Shown in pieces: positions 50,401 through 63,500 of a DNA stretch of 64,000 nt. Positions within the stretch are counted from its first letter, which is position 1, and each line of letters begins with the position of its first letter. The translations under genes were made by a program, and so were the position numbers. Origin of the DNA: Protoeuglena noctilucae (Eukaryota); NCBI GenBank assembly GCA_958009085.1, contig OY253674.1, positions 806,001 through 870,000 on the forward strand. The letters run 5' to 3'. The notes below the pieces were generated by a model. That model saw only the letters and a list, made by a program, of their open reading frames with translations, had not been told where the DNA came from and did no database searches.

Positions 50401-52666
50401 CATCGCGCCTTACGCCGTCGACCTGTCCCGGCAACTCTGCGAGGCCCTGGCCAAGTTAGTCTCCGCGGACGACGACGAGAACGAGGCCGGGATCATGGTG
50501 AGCAGCTTGCCTGTCACATTTGCCATCCCACCAGTGCCAGTCGCGTGCCGGTCTCGCTCACACAGCCACAGACCGACACGTCGTGGCGTCGCTCTCTTGC
50601 ATCGTGCGCACTCCGCTGCTCTGCTGCCGGCCTGGCCAGGACGCCTCGCGCTGCTCCACCCCTCGTAGGCGGCCTATGGGTGCGTGAGGGCCATGTCGAC
50701 TGTGGTGGATGCCGTGTCTGACCTGCCTGAGCTCATACCTCAGCTGGAGGAGGTCTTCTTCCCCGTCCTCAAGACCATGCTTTCCGGTGTTCACGGGTGA
50801 GAGCGAGACGCGGCCATTGCTCACGGATGATTACGGTGACGTGACCACGTGTTGCTGTTCGGATGTGTGCGGTCGTCACTGCAGGTCCGCGCTGAGCCCT
50901 GCGCCGCTCTTAACTCCCGCGCCTGCCCCTGCTTGTCTCGTTTCGATGCAGGGACGACTTGATGGAGGAGGTCCTGGAGCTGCTGTCGTACCTCACCTTC
51001 TACAGCACGACCCTGTCGCCGCGCATGTGGGAGCTGTGGCCGATCCTCCTGGACGTCCTGCTCAAGATATCCGTGGACTACTTCAACCGCGTGTTGCCGT
51101 GCCTCGACAACTTCATCAGCAAGGGCAAGGAGGCCTTCTTGTCCAACCCTTACTACCTCTCGTCCACGCACGACCTGGCGCGGTGGGCATTGGAGAACGA
51201 CGACTTCGACGAGTCCACAGCGAAGAACGCGGGTGAGCGTAGTATTTTACAGGGGCGTTGTTGACGTTAAAACATGGGCTGCCCTCGGCTAGAGTGCAGT
51301 GTTGGTATCGGGTCAGCAGTTGTCCGGGTGCCCCTGCCCTGCGACCAAAGCCCCACCGCACCTTTCTCCTCTTTCCGCCCCTCGCAGCAAAGCTCCTGGA
51401 GGCCGTGCTGCAGCAGTGCCGGGGCCACGTGAACAGCTCCGTGGGCCCCTTCCTGCGCATGGTCTACGCGCGACTGCAGAAGCCCTTCCAGCAGGCGTCC
51501 TTCCAGGACTCCCTCATGCTCGTCGTGTTCAACGCGCTCTACTACGACCCCGCCCTGACCCTGCGGGAGCTCGAGGGTATGGGCGCCCTGGGCCCGGTCT
51601 TCACGATGGCCGCCGCGATGGTCCGCGCGAGGAAGTCCAAGAGGCCCAACCGGCCCCAGCACTTCCGCGACGAGTACTCCAAGAAGGTCGTGTGCCTTGG
51701 GCTGACAGGTGGGTCCGCAGACGGGCGCGTGCTTGGGCCTGGGGTGGGTCGTGCTTAGGGATGACATGCGAGAGGAGTGAGAGCAAGTAGATGTCGCAGT
51801 GGGTGCATCATTGTTGCTCTAAGATGGTAACAACAGTTGGTAACAACCCACCAGGGTGCTTTTGCGTGCGACAGCAGTCACCGTCTGTGCTCCCCCCGCA
51901 GCGCTGATGACTGTGGACGACGCGAGCCTGCCGGCTGCGATTGGGGGCAGCGCCAGCTTGGGCGTGGCGTTCGAGATGCTTCTGCAGTTGCTGGGGTTCC
52001 TGAAGGACGACATGGAGAGGGCACGGCTGGAGGAAGAGGCGAGTGGTCCTGTGGGAGCCGCCCGCTGCGCACGCGCTGTGCCCGCGCTGTGCCGGGTGGC
52101 TGCAGAGGGATTCGTTGCAGAGGGTTTGGCTAGCATGCGATGTCCAAGCCGGCACCGTCGACTTGGCCGTGCTTGAGGGGCTGAGGTCGGTCCGCTGCCG
52201 CCGCTTGCAGGCCAGCTCGGGCAGCGGCAGCGATGGGGACGACGACGAGGACCTCGACGATGGGTACGGGGAAGAGGATGGAGCGTTAGGGGAGGACGTG
52301 GAGGTGCAGGACGTGCAGTTGAGCAAGCTGGTGCGGCGGCTGCAGGGTGGCGACCAGGGGAGCAACAGCGACGACACGAGCGATTGGGAGTGGGAGGAGG
52401 AGGCCGAGGTGTTCAGCTGTCCGCTGGACGACATCGACGCCTTCGTGCAGCTGGCGGACTGCATGGAGGCCATGCGGGGGCTGCACCCTGCGCGGTTCGA
52501 GGCCCTGACTGGCAAGCCGGAGCTGCAGGGGGCGCTGCAGGAGGTGTCGTTGTACGCGGACAAACGCCGGCAGGAGATCGCGGCGGAGAAGGCCGCAGAG
52601 CAGGAGGAGGAGGCCAAGAAGCAAGCGAAGAGGATGGCGGGGCAGATGCCGCCCGCGGGCCAGTGA
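47474..52666 (+). CDS. Importin-7/8 (SAD2-like importin beta), about 16 exons
   Basis: IBN_N [66 protein letters not shown]; acidic tail ending PLDDIDAF. Confidence 0.93.
50209..50317 (+). other. GC-AG intron in importin-7/8
   Basis: CAG|gcgagg...ccgcag| restores LPQLLQ-SIFALMAEVEHEELVTTLETIVE, colinear with the family. Confidence 0.88.
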
Positions 52667-52973
52667 CGTCACTTGCGCGGCGCGAGCCGCGGCAACCCTA
52701 GCAGCTTCGTGGCAGCGGACCCTTACGTTTGAAGCAGAGAGGTAGCTGGGGCATGAGTCGATTCATGCGTGTCGTGAGAACGTGGTGTCAGGCGTGGGTT
52801 TTGGAGGGCTTTCCCTCAAGGACAGCCCACTAGTCTCTTCTGCCGGCTGTGCATCGGGCTTGGACAATTCGGCCCGCTTGCTCAGCCAGCGTCGGGGCCG
52901 CCAGGGCTTGCCTGGAGGCGTCCGCGACCACCTGAGCGCTGCCGCGCCTGTCACTGGGAGCCGTGGGGACAAC

Positions 52974-55158
52974 ATGGGTGGCGGGCTCGGCTTCCTTATG
53001 AAAAAGACATGGCACCCTGCCCGGATTCAGAATGTCGAGCAGGCGAGCAGCGTTGCACGAAGCGTTCGAGCTCTTCGATGACGCACGGCTCGCTTGGGCC
53101 GCGGTCGTGCCTCGCGGCCTTTTCATGCAGTAGTGAAGGCCGTCTTCTGTTCGCTCGCAAGCATTTCTGCGAGCCGGCTGCCTTGGCCAAGGTGAAACGG
53201 CTGGGGCGGGTTGTGGACGAGCCGGCGCACAGACGACTGCGCTCTGCCCGGGGCTTGCAGGTGTGGAAGAAGGAGCAGGAGAAGGAGAAGGAGGAGCGCA
53301 AGCTGGAGGAGCTGCGCAAGCAGATCCAGGAGGAACGCGACCGAGATGCGCTGCTGCAGCAGGCAGAGCAGGGCGGCCACCTTGAGCGCACTGCCCGCCT
53401 CGACTGGATGTACATGGGAGGCATGCAGGGCCAGGCAGCGGCCCAGCAGCGCGAGGCGGAGGAGGCGCGCAAGGAGGTGAGCGCAGGGGGCCGGCGCGTT
53501 CTCTTCGCGCCTCCATTGGCTGCGCGGCAAGCTTACATCTCTTCTGTTGTCTATATACGATCGCAGGAGCAACGCGCACCTCTGACCCACACGGAGGCGC
53601 CGGGCAAGGGGTCGCTGCCGACGCTGCCGTCCTTCTACACGGCTGCGACGCCCGCGGCCCAGAACGAGATGTGGCAGCGGATGACGAACGATCCTTTGGT
53701 GGCTATCAAGCAGCAGGAGAAGGCGGCCCTCGAGCGGCTGCGCAGCAACCCGGTCGTCATGAACCGCATCAAGGCGGAGGTGGCTGGGGCGCTGAGCCCG
53801 CGGGCGGGGAGCTCCGCGATGGCATCGGAGAAGAAGGAAAAGAAGGAGAAGAAGGCGAGGCAACAGTTGGAGCGTCGCGTGTTTCAGCAGGGCGAGGTTG
53901 AGGGCGGGGTGCAAAGGCAGAGCTGCGTTGCATGACAGGATGGTGTCTTTTGATTCCGTCTGCAGGACAAGAAAGAGAAGAAGGAGAAGAGGGAGAAGAG
54001 AGACAGGGATCATAGGCGCGACAGGAGGGATTCGCCGCCCCCGGAAGGGCGGTCGAGGTCTCCAGCTGGGGAGCCATGGGGGGAGGGGCAGCGGAGGCGG
54101 TCGCGCAGCCGGGACAGGCGGAACGGGGACCAGTGGTGGGTGCCGAGTGGACACAGGGACGGGCACAGGGACGAGCGAAGGGATGGGCAGAGAGATGGGC
54201 ACCGGGATGAGCGGGGAGACGGTTACAGGGATGGTCACAGGGATGGGAGGCGGGATGACCGGCATGATGGGCACAGGGACGGTCACAGGGATGAGAGGCG
54301 GGACGGGCACAGGGATGAGAAGCGGGATGACCGGCATGATGGGCACCGGGACGGGCACAGGGACGGGGACCAGCGCGCTGGAGAGGCTGGCGCGTTATCG
54401 TATGGACTGAACTTCAACCGTGATGTGGGCGACGCGGAGGTTGCGGGGACGGCCGCGCGCGCTGAGGGGACGCGCGTGAGGCTGCAGGAGGCAGAAGAGC
54501 GTGCGAGGAAGGAGGAAGAGGAGCGGCGCGCCGAGGAGGAGAGGAGGAGGCGACGGTGCGGGGGTTGGGCTGCGCGCTCCGTTGCTTGGCTTGTGCGCTG
54601 GCGCGCGTGGCGGCCATGCTGGCACCGGTCTTGCGCTCTTGCCGTCTGTCGCATTTCTTCCATGGTTGCACGCTGTCAATCATGGTACCCTGGTGCGTCG
54701 ACTTTGCAGGGGCCAGTACCGCCCGGGGCAGATGACCGAGGAGGAGCGGGCACGGAGGCTGGCGGAGATGGCGGGGAACGCGGAGGAGCACGAGAGTTCC
54801 CGAACGCGGCGGCTGCGGATGCTCAAGGAGCAGGTGACTCGCGGGCATGGCATCGTGGATGGGGTGCTACGGAGACGCCGTGCTGTTCAGCAGTCGCTAC
54901 CCTCTCCAGGGCAGTGTGGGCCAATGCATGTTCTGTCGATGGTCAGTATGGCTGACCGTCTGTGTTGCGCTTGTGCAGGAGGAGAGGGAGGCAAAGGAGC
55001 TTGAGCGGAGGATGGCGGAGCGCGATCCTCACCACAAGGGTCGTTTCATGGCAGCAGTCGAGAAGGAGGTCTCTGGGACGGGGGCGGGTGGGGGCACGCT
55101 GAGCGATAGGGTGCGAGGGAGGGCCTTCCTCAGTCAGCGGGGGGCCGGCGACGGATGA
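52974..55158 (+). CDS. CWC25: Pre-mRNA splicing factor CWC25
   Basis: [48 protein letters not shown]-rich and RD-rich segments, [13 protein letters not shown]. Confidence 0.92.
53043..53260 (+). other. GC-AG first intron in CWC25
   Basis: CAG|gcgagc...ttgcag| restores KKTWHP...NVEQ-VWKKEQ. Confidence 0.9.
54145..54372 (+). repeat. 12-bp-based coding repeat (GHRD/ERRD) in CWC25
   Basis: Repeated gg[g/t]cacagggac/gat units translating to [12 protein letters not shown]... Confidence 0.85.
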
Positions 55159-55325
55159 AGTGCTGGGGACGTTGAATGTGCGCATTTCACAAAGGCAGAG
55201 TCGTGGCGTCTATGGTGGAAAGTAACACTGGCAAGCGCTAGAGTACGGCGCTGCTTCGACACGGCCCCGACTGATGGGCGCCGGCGAGAGCGGCCTTCGG
55301 CGGTTTGCTGAGTAGCGGAGGGCTC

Positions 55326-57071
55326 TCAAAGGCCCTCGCTCCGTACCACAAAGCCGACGATAAACGTAGCGAGGAGGGAGAGGGTAAAGGCGCCCGCACC
55401 GAGGGCTTTGCTGGCGGCCGTGTTTTGATCCACAACCACCTGCCGCTCGTCGTCTTCAGCCAGCTGCGAGCATGGATGGGGATGCGAGGGCGTCACGCGC
55501 GGCCTTACTGGAGTGTGGGCCAGTCGACGCAAGTCTCAGCATCCATCAACGGCAGTGACAGGCCTCATCCATCCCAGCGACCCTGGCACCGCGGTGCCTG
55601 AACCCCCACCCCGCCAGGTCTCACGTTGTACAGGTCCATGGCGCCGTCGCTGATGGAGGGCTCGCGAATCACGACGAAGCGCGGGCCCATGGCAAATCCC
55701 AGGAACAGCCCCGCGATGAGGCCGCCGAAGTGGCCCGTGTTGTCGACCTGCAGGCTCGGCACCAGGCCCACCGACAGGCTGGCGACGACGACCATCACAA
55801 TCAGCGTCAACTGAGGGTTGCGGTTCTCGAGCATGGGGTTGCGGAAGAAGTACCCCGCGAGCGCGCCCAGCATCCCAAAGACGGCCCCCGACGCCCCCAG
55901 CGTGACGGTGTCGGTCAGTAGGAAGGCCGCCGTGGCCCCGCTGAGCTGCGAGAGCGTGTAGATGGCCACGAAGACCCACGGGCCCATCACCGCCTCGACC
56001 TCCGGGGCGAGCTGCCACAGAGCGAGGGTGTTGAAGCCCAGGTGCAGGAGGCCCGCGTGCACGAAGCCCGACGTCAGCATCCGCCACAGCTCCCTGCGTA
56101 TGATGCAGAGGCAGCCGTGAGACCGCCGACCCGCGAGATGAGACACCGTGGCATGCGACAAGTCATGGCAGGTCGCTCACCCCCGCAGCACCTCCTTGTT
56201 ATCCTTCGCCAAACCCAGCAAAAAATCATTGGCGACGTCGGCACCGTCTATAAAGGTCTTTGAGATTCCAATCGCATACACGCCCACGACCAACCCGATG
56301 ATGACGTAGGAGAGCGTCGGCTCGGAGAGGGGCAGGTCCACGGGCTCGCCCACCTGCAAGATACAAACGCTCAACACGGGCATGGACCGGCGCGGGCAAC
56401 GCTCTGCTCGCTGCTTGGCCGCCAAGGTCAGGCCCTCCTACGAGGCCCTTGCGAAAGGCGAACGGCGCGGCATTCCAAAGGCGCACGCGCGGCTTGTTCC
56501 GTGCGTCACCTTCGTCAATCTGCCAGTGCGGGCTGTGCTGCGATCCAACAGAAAGGGAAAGCCGCGGTCATCGTCCAGCAGTCCCTGCGTGACGTTGGAC
56601 GCCGTTTTCCGCAGCGGCCGGCCCATGTTTGGCAGGTCCATCCATGACAACGTCACGGACGCTGCGTTTAAAAGGCGTTCCGCCGTCGGGCGCGGGCATC
56701 GCGGCAGGGCGCGCGGCGGGCCGACCAACATGCGCGTGATCGGGTCCCGGCTGCCTCGACAGAGCCCGCCGGCAGAAGGCGCCGTGCTCACCTGTCGTGT
56801 CTGCGACGTTCTTGCTCTTCGCGTCGCTGCTGCTGGCGTCCTCCCCCGGCGCGCCCACGAGGTTGACGATGGTCGAGATGGTCGGGGACGGAGAAGGCGG
56901 TTTCTCAGGTTTCTCAGGCTCGGCACGGGCGCGCCCGGCAAAGCGTGGTCGCATCGGCTGATAGCTCGGCGTGGCGACGCCGGAGAGCGGCGGGGCGAAG
57001 TATAGAAGGGGGGGCGCCTGGACCGTCCGCGAGGCGGCATGCTGGGCCCCGAGGGCCGGCCCGATTCGCAT
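55326..57071 (-). CDS. Rhomboid intramembrane serine protease, probably plastid-targeted
   Basis: ELWRMLTSGFVHAGLLHLGFN, catalytic GASGAVFG, DNTGHFGG; transit-like N-terminus ..RFAGRARA; extra C-terminal TM. Confidence 0.92.
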
Positions 57072-57571
57072 GGGGGTCGCCCTGCCGAGCTAATGTCAGT
57101 CAGATGCCCAAACTGGGGCGAGTCGCTGTATATACGCGGAATGGAGAAAATGCCGCCGTGGTCAGCGCAACGACACCCTGACCATGCAGCGCGCACAGGA
57201 CTGCGACACCCTGGGCGCTGCGACTCCAGACAGGATCAGTTACGCATGCTTAAAGCACCAGCAGGAGCGCGCGCCGAAATGGCTTTGCTTGGTTACTGGA
57301 AACACTTTTCTGACCGTGTCACTGGCACGCCAGTTGCATTTCGAAACGAAGCGAGCGAATGCATGCTTGCGCGGTTCTCGGCAAACATTCGTGCATTGCG
57401 TTGCTCGAAGCGCGCTCTCTCACGCCTCGGTTGCTGAAAACGCCGGGAAGGCTCGTGAGTCCGGCCATGAACGCGTAAATCTGCTCATAAATGCGCGGTG
57501 TGGGGCCCCGCGTCCCCCCTGCGCCCCTGGCTGCGCGGCCCTGAGGAGGCTGAGCTCGGGCGGGCGACAGG

Positions 57572-60500
57572 ATGGACAGGAAGCGGGAGTGGAGCCACGC
57601 GCCCTTTGAGGATGGCAGGGAGGGGGAAGGCGGGCCCCCGCCGCCGAAGCGGGGCCGGCAGGAGTCCTTTGGGCGTGCACCGGTCCCGCTCCCAAGTCCA
57701 GCCGCGCCACCGCCGGGCGCGAGGCCGGCCCTAGGTGAGCCGAAGGGTGTGGGTGTAAGGAGCGCGCGCAGTGCCTTGTTCTCGCGACTGGGGCCCTTTA
57801 GACGCCTGTCAGTCCCACGAATTGGCTGCCGCCCTTGGCGAATTTGTTCTCCGCCCCTCTCTGGCAGAGGAGGGCTGGTCGGCTCGACTGCTTTCCAAAG
57901 ATGCAGTGTTGGGATCACGGGTCCCAGGTCCCGGGCTCCCCAGCTTCCTCGCAACCCGCGCCCATCCGCGCTCGTGTCGCCGTGCCTGCAGTCGGCCGAG
58001 GCCGGGGTCTGGGACGGCCGCCGGGTCCCGGCTTGCATCCTCCCGCCCCCGCGCCGCTTCCCTTGCGGGGCCCCGGCCCTGGCTTGGTGTGGGCCAAGAG
58101 CGGCACCCTCCCTCACAACCGCCACACTCCGGGCCCCTCTTCGAGCCCTCCCCTGCCGCCCTGGAAACCGCGGGACGCCTCCGCGGTCCCGATCCGCCCG
58201 CGAGACGGACCGCCGCCTCGGAGGACCGACGGGCCACCTCCTCCCATGGTACGTGCGCGTGCGTGGGCATGACCAGCAGGTCCAGCCGCACATCAAGCTT
58301 TGCTACTGAAGTGGTCTCTTTGCTATCTCCCGCAGGTCTCCCGGCGTCCTTCCCTGCCCCCGCCGCCCGTGCGGCCTCCCCTGCGGCGGTCCCACGACCG
58401 GGAGCACCCGCGTCGCAGGAGCGCCAGCCCGCCCACCAGCGCGGTGGCCCACGGGAGCACCGACCGGGGGTCGTCGCGCCGCAACTCCCGCGGCCTCTCC
58501 TCCGACATCGAGTCCGGCGGCGCCGAGGCCTCCCAGGACCCCCGCTCGCTGCCTCCGCCGCCGCCGCCGCCCCCGGGCCAGGTCCCTTGGGGCCGGCCGC
58601 ACGGGGCGCGCACCGCGCCGGACGCCGCGCGCGATGGGCGGGGCCCGTGGTCGGCTCCGGTGGGCGGGCGCCCGGTCGCAGAGCGGGACCGGGACGGGGA
58701 CGTGCTGCCCCCGCCGCTGACTCAGGGCCGCAGTCAGACGTGGCCGATCGGCCGCGCAGCAGACGAGGCGGCGGAGGACGAGCCGTCGCTGCCGCCGCCG
58801 CTGACGGTGAGCCTGCGCGGCGCGGGGCTCCTCGGCGTCTCTGCCAGCGCAGGCTGGCGAGTTCTGAGCCGCAACTGCACGCCCTCGGTCGCTGCACCGC
58901 AGTCGCTGCGGCCCCTGGCGCTCACTCCGGTCAAGGGCGAAGAGGGCGCGCGGGGAGCGGAATCCCAGAACGGCGAGGCGCGGCGCAGTCGATCGGAGCG
59001 AGGCCATGGGTCCTTGGGGTCGGCTGTCGACCTCCCAGGCCCGCCCTCGCTGGCAGTCGGGGCATCGAATCCCGCGGAGGAAAGGTCGGCTCTGGCATCG
59101 TCGCGGCCGCTGTTCGGGTCCGGGATGGTCGGGGCGTCCGCCAAGGGCCTCGCGCCCCGGTGGGGCAGCGGGGTGGGCGGAGGCGCCGCGTCGTTCGGCA
59201 CGGGCACAGGCCGCGTGGGCAGGGACGCGCCCAGCGATGCTCACGCGGACGACGGCGCGGAGGGGAAGGGGCCCGGCCGTGGGGGTGGCGGGGTCGGAGA
59301 GGCACGTGATGGGTATGGGGCTGCGGGCAAGAGCAAGGACGAGGTGATGGGGGAGCTGGAGAGCGTGGACGCGGAGATGGCCGCGGAGCACGAGGCGCTC
59401 GCGGCAGTGCAGGCGGAGGAGGGGCGGCTGGAGGCGCTGTCACGGGAGCTGGAGGCCGACCGACAACGCCTGGTGAGCGACGTGTGCGACAAGGGGGCTG
59501 GTATCGGCAGGCAGGGGCTTGGCATATATGTCTAGTGTCAAACAGCACGACGTGAGGGGGCCGTCATCTTGAGGAAGCCTCATGCCACCAGCATAAAGCC
59601 ACCCGCGCTCACGCAGGCCGACTTGGAGAGGAGCCTGCACGTCGCTCGCACGGCTGCCGAGAGGCGGCGCGAGGAGCGAAGGCGGGAGGCGGAGGCACGT
59701 GAGGCGCGGCGGGTGGGGGCGGAGCGGCAGCGGAGGGAGAGGGAGGAGCGGAGGAAGGCGGAGGAGGCGTCTGCTGCCGCGGAGGCCATGCAAGTGGACG
59801 GTTTGGGCGACCAGGTGAGAGCGGCGATGGCGGCGAGCACTGGGGGCATGGCTATCACCACTAAAACATTGAGGATGCCACATCAGCGTACGCTTGCCAC
59901 CTGCAGCCCGGGCCGGTCGCAAGCATCGCCGCCGCCCGCCCCGCGGCGCTCCCGGCCGTCGATTCCCGCACGCGGCACGTGCTGGAGAAGCTGCTGGGGT
60001 CCCTGCGGCTGAGGGACTACGGCGACGTGGACCGCCGCGTGACGCTTCTGGTCGTGCTGCGGAACAACCGAGGCGAGGGGCAGCAGATACGGCAAAGCTT
60101 TGGTATCGTTGATCCTCTCCCTCCTCTGCGCAGCGGGGGTCACCCTCATGCATGGGCGTCTCATCACCCGCAGCGCCCTCATCGACTCCTCTCGCTCTAA
60201 CGCCCGCAGCCAGCGCTTTGGAGCAAACGCTGCGGCTCCTGGATTGCCTGCCTCCCCCCAAGGGCGCGGGCCCTCTGGTCAAGGCCGAGGCGCGGCGTGT
60301 GGTGGACGCCCTGGGGGTTGAGGACCCCGTGGCACTGCCTTGGCCCCCGGCGCTGTACCGCAGCCCCCGCGACGCGCCCGGCTTCGAGCGCAACGCCGCC
60401 GCGCACGAGCGCTGCCGCCACGCCATCCAGGCGGCTCTCCAGGCGAGTCCTCGCTGCGCCCTCCTCACCTGACCTGGCCAGTCACCGCTTTGCTGTCCCT

Positions 60501-63500
60501 GCACATGCACAGCCGTGCAGTTCTCACCAACTAGTCCCCTGTCGGCCCCCGCAGAGTCGCTTAGACGCCCTCCGTGGTCTCCAGAGGGACTTGGCCCTTC
60601 AGTACCGCGTGCTGCGGGCGCAGTGGCGGCAGACGCCCGAGGCCCGGCAGATCTACAGCCCGCGGCCCAAGGACCCGGAGGTCGCTGCGCTGGCGGGGCT
60701 CCCGGCCCTGCCCGGGCGGCGTATCCTGGATTGGAACGCCGCGACGGCGCAGGGGCCCACTCCGTTGGGGCCCCGGCGGGGTGGCGACGGGGGCGCGACG
60801 ACGCCGGGCGCGGGGACCGGACGGCGGGGCCAGGGCGATGCCGGGGCTGGGCCGGAGCGGGGCGCAGCCAGCGGTGGCCGGCGGGGGTCGCGCGGGAGGT
60901 CGGAGGCGGTGGCCCCTCCGACGCCCAGCGCAGCGTCGGCCTTCGACGATCTGCAGTTCGAGAAGCGGCAGGAGGAGGCGCGAGCGGCGCAGGCCACCGG
61001 TGCATGCGTGCGGGGTGCCAGCGGTGGTGGAGCGGTGGTGTGGCCGAGGGGGGGTGTGGGAGAACTACTAGTTCTCTTACCCCATCTCAATTTGAGCCTC
61101 GTTGTATTCACACGTGTGCTTTGCCCACGCAGTTCGTTGCACGGACATGGTCCTCGACCCGTGGGAGTCGCGGAGGCGGTGTTTCCTGTCGCGCAACAAC
61201 CTGGTGGACCCATTGAAGGAGCTGGAGCTGGAGAGGCAGGGGGACGGGAGGCCCTGGACGGCGCGGGAGCGGCAGACGTTCATCGGTGAGTGGCAGGGGG
61301 TTGCGTGTGCGTGGAGGCAACACGTCATGTGCACCCATCTGTGCACCACACGTCTACGTTGTGTATCCCCGCCCATGCTTGTGGTGCTCGTCCGAGCAGC
61401 ACCATGCCATATCATCCGGTATCCGAGAGCTCACGCGTGTCTGAGAATGGTTGAACATCCCTGCCCCTTTCCCTCGCAGACCGCTTCAACCAGTTCCCGA
61501 AAGACTTCCCCAAGGTCGCGGCGGCCCTGCCCGGCCGCACCATGTCCGAGTGCATCATGTTCTTCTACCGCAATCAGAAGAAGCCCGAGTTCGAACCGGT
61601 CCGGAAGCGCCAGCTGCAGCGCAAGAAACTCCAGCCGCGCATCTACGGGGCCGACGTCATGTCGCGCGCCCTCTCGACCAACGCGGGCGCCAGGGCCGCC
61701 CGGGGCACGGCGCGCGCGGAGATGGGCTTCCCGCGGGCCGCGTCGGCGCCGGTCGGGCAGCAGGGGGACGCGCCGCCCTCGTCCCTCACGCCCCCGCCCG
61801 CCCTGCCGCCCCTCTCCCTTGACATGCCCCTCCCGCCCCTGCCCGGCATCGAGGCCTTCTCCTCAGGCGGCCTCGTCTCCCTGCCACTGCCCCTCCCGCT
61901 GCCCCTGCCCCTACCCCTCGACACGGCCAGCGCCCCGCTCCCCACCACCGCACGCCTCCCCACGCCGCCCCCCCGGTCCGCGGCCCAACGGCGTCCCTCG
62001 GGGCCCCAGGCGTCATCCGCGCCCGCGACGACCTCCGCGACCCCCGGCGCCGCGTCGGGGGTCGCGAGCGCGGCCGCAGAGCCTGGGCAGGCTCCGTTGG
62101 TGACGGCCGGCCTTGAGCTGCCGCCCGCACTGCTGGGGCCGGTGCCCCCGATGCCGGGGCTGGGCGAGGGCGCGACGACGCGCGGGCGGCGGAGTCGTGG
62201 CCGGGGGCGGGGCTCCCGGGGTCGCAAAGGGAAGGAGGCGAAGGAAGGGGCGGTTGATTGGATGGGTCAGTTCGGTGGGACTGGGGCGGCGTGGACGCCT
62301 GCTGAGGAGGCGGCGCTGATGGCCTCGGGTGAGTGGAGGGGGTATTCGTAGTGTGGGGGAGGTGTCGATGTTGATGGCAGCGTGGGGTGCGTGGGGAGCG
62401 GGGTGCATGGCACCGTCTGGCTCGCTGCCGCTCCATATCTCAGTCCTTCCTTCTTGCCTATCCTGCAGTGCGCAAGACTGGCCTGGACTTGCAGTTCCTG
62501 GCGCAAGACATGGGGCCAGGGCGGACGGGGCCCGAGTGCATGGCGTACTTCCTCACCCACCAGCAACGGCTCCTCACCGATGTCAACCTGTGGGCGGTGC
62601 AACCCAGGGCCGGTGCGGCCCCGGCAGCAGATGCGAAGGGGGAGGCGCCGCGTTCGGACGCCGGCGCGGTTGCGGGCGCGACTGCGGGTGCGGGGGCAGA
62701 TACGGGTGCGGGTGCATCGCGATCGTCGATGGATGGGAAGGCGCGGCCTCAAGAGACGCGGCCTCAGGAAGGGCCAGGGACTGCGCCGCCGCCGGTGTCT
62801 GCGGCCCAGGGGAGCGCGAGGCCACACTCCGCGCCCGTGCTGGACCGCATTCCCACCGCGGTCCGTCGCAAGTCGGTCGACCGTCCCGTCCTGCCCGGGC
62901 CTGCTCACGGCCAGGTGTTGACTCCCGAGGCGGCCCTGGTGGCGCTGGCGCAGGCGCAGCAGGTGCAGGCGCTGCAGGCGCTGTCCCTGGCCCAGGCGGG
63001 GGTCCCCGGTGGGGCAGAGGCACTGGCGGTGCTGCAGGCAGCACTGCTGACGCACCAGCTGGGGCTCCTGGGGCAGCCGGCGGCCCTGCAGGGCGTGGGC
63101 GCGGCGGGCGCCAACCTGGGCCTGCTCCTCGGCATGGGCCTGGGGCTGCCAGGCATGGTGGGTATGGCGGGTGCGCCGGGGTTCGGCCACGCGGGGGCAG
63201 CCCTGAGTCAGGCCCAGGCGCACGCGCAGGTGCAGGCGCTGATGGCCATGACCACGCAGGCGCAGATGCAAGCGCAGATGCAGGCGCAGCTGCAGGGCTT
63301 CCTGGCCAGCTCGGTGGCCTTTGCCGCGGCGCAGCAGCCAGGCTTGGGGCAGGCGCAGAGCCCGGCCCCGCGCTCAACGACACAGACATCGGCAGCGCCC
63401 GGGGCATCGAGCGCGGCCAGCCACGCTGCACGGGCGAGGGGAGCGGCGCGAGGGGACACTGCGCCCGACACCGCAGCACCGCCACCTACCCTAACAGCGG

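Noticed and set aside
54145..54372. Regular repeats as a CRISPR-like or satellite array
   Set aside because: In-frame coding RD-rich repeat of CWC25; no spacers or cas genes; eukaryotic context.
8812..60554. GC-AG introns as an introner (transposon-derived) family
   Set aside because: Beyond the ~6-nt donor they show no shared internal sequence, terminal inverted repeats or uniform length (81-218 nt) by eye.
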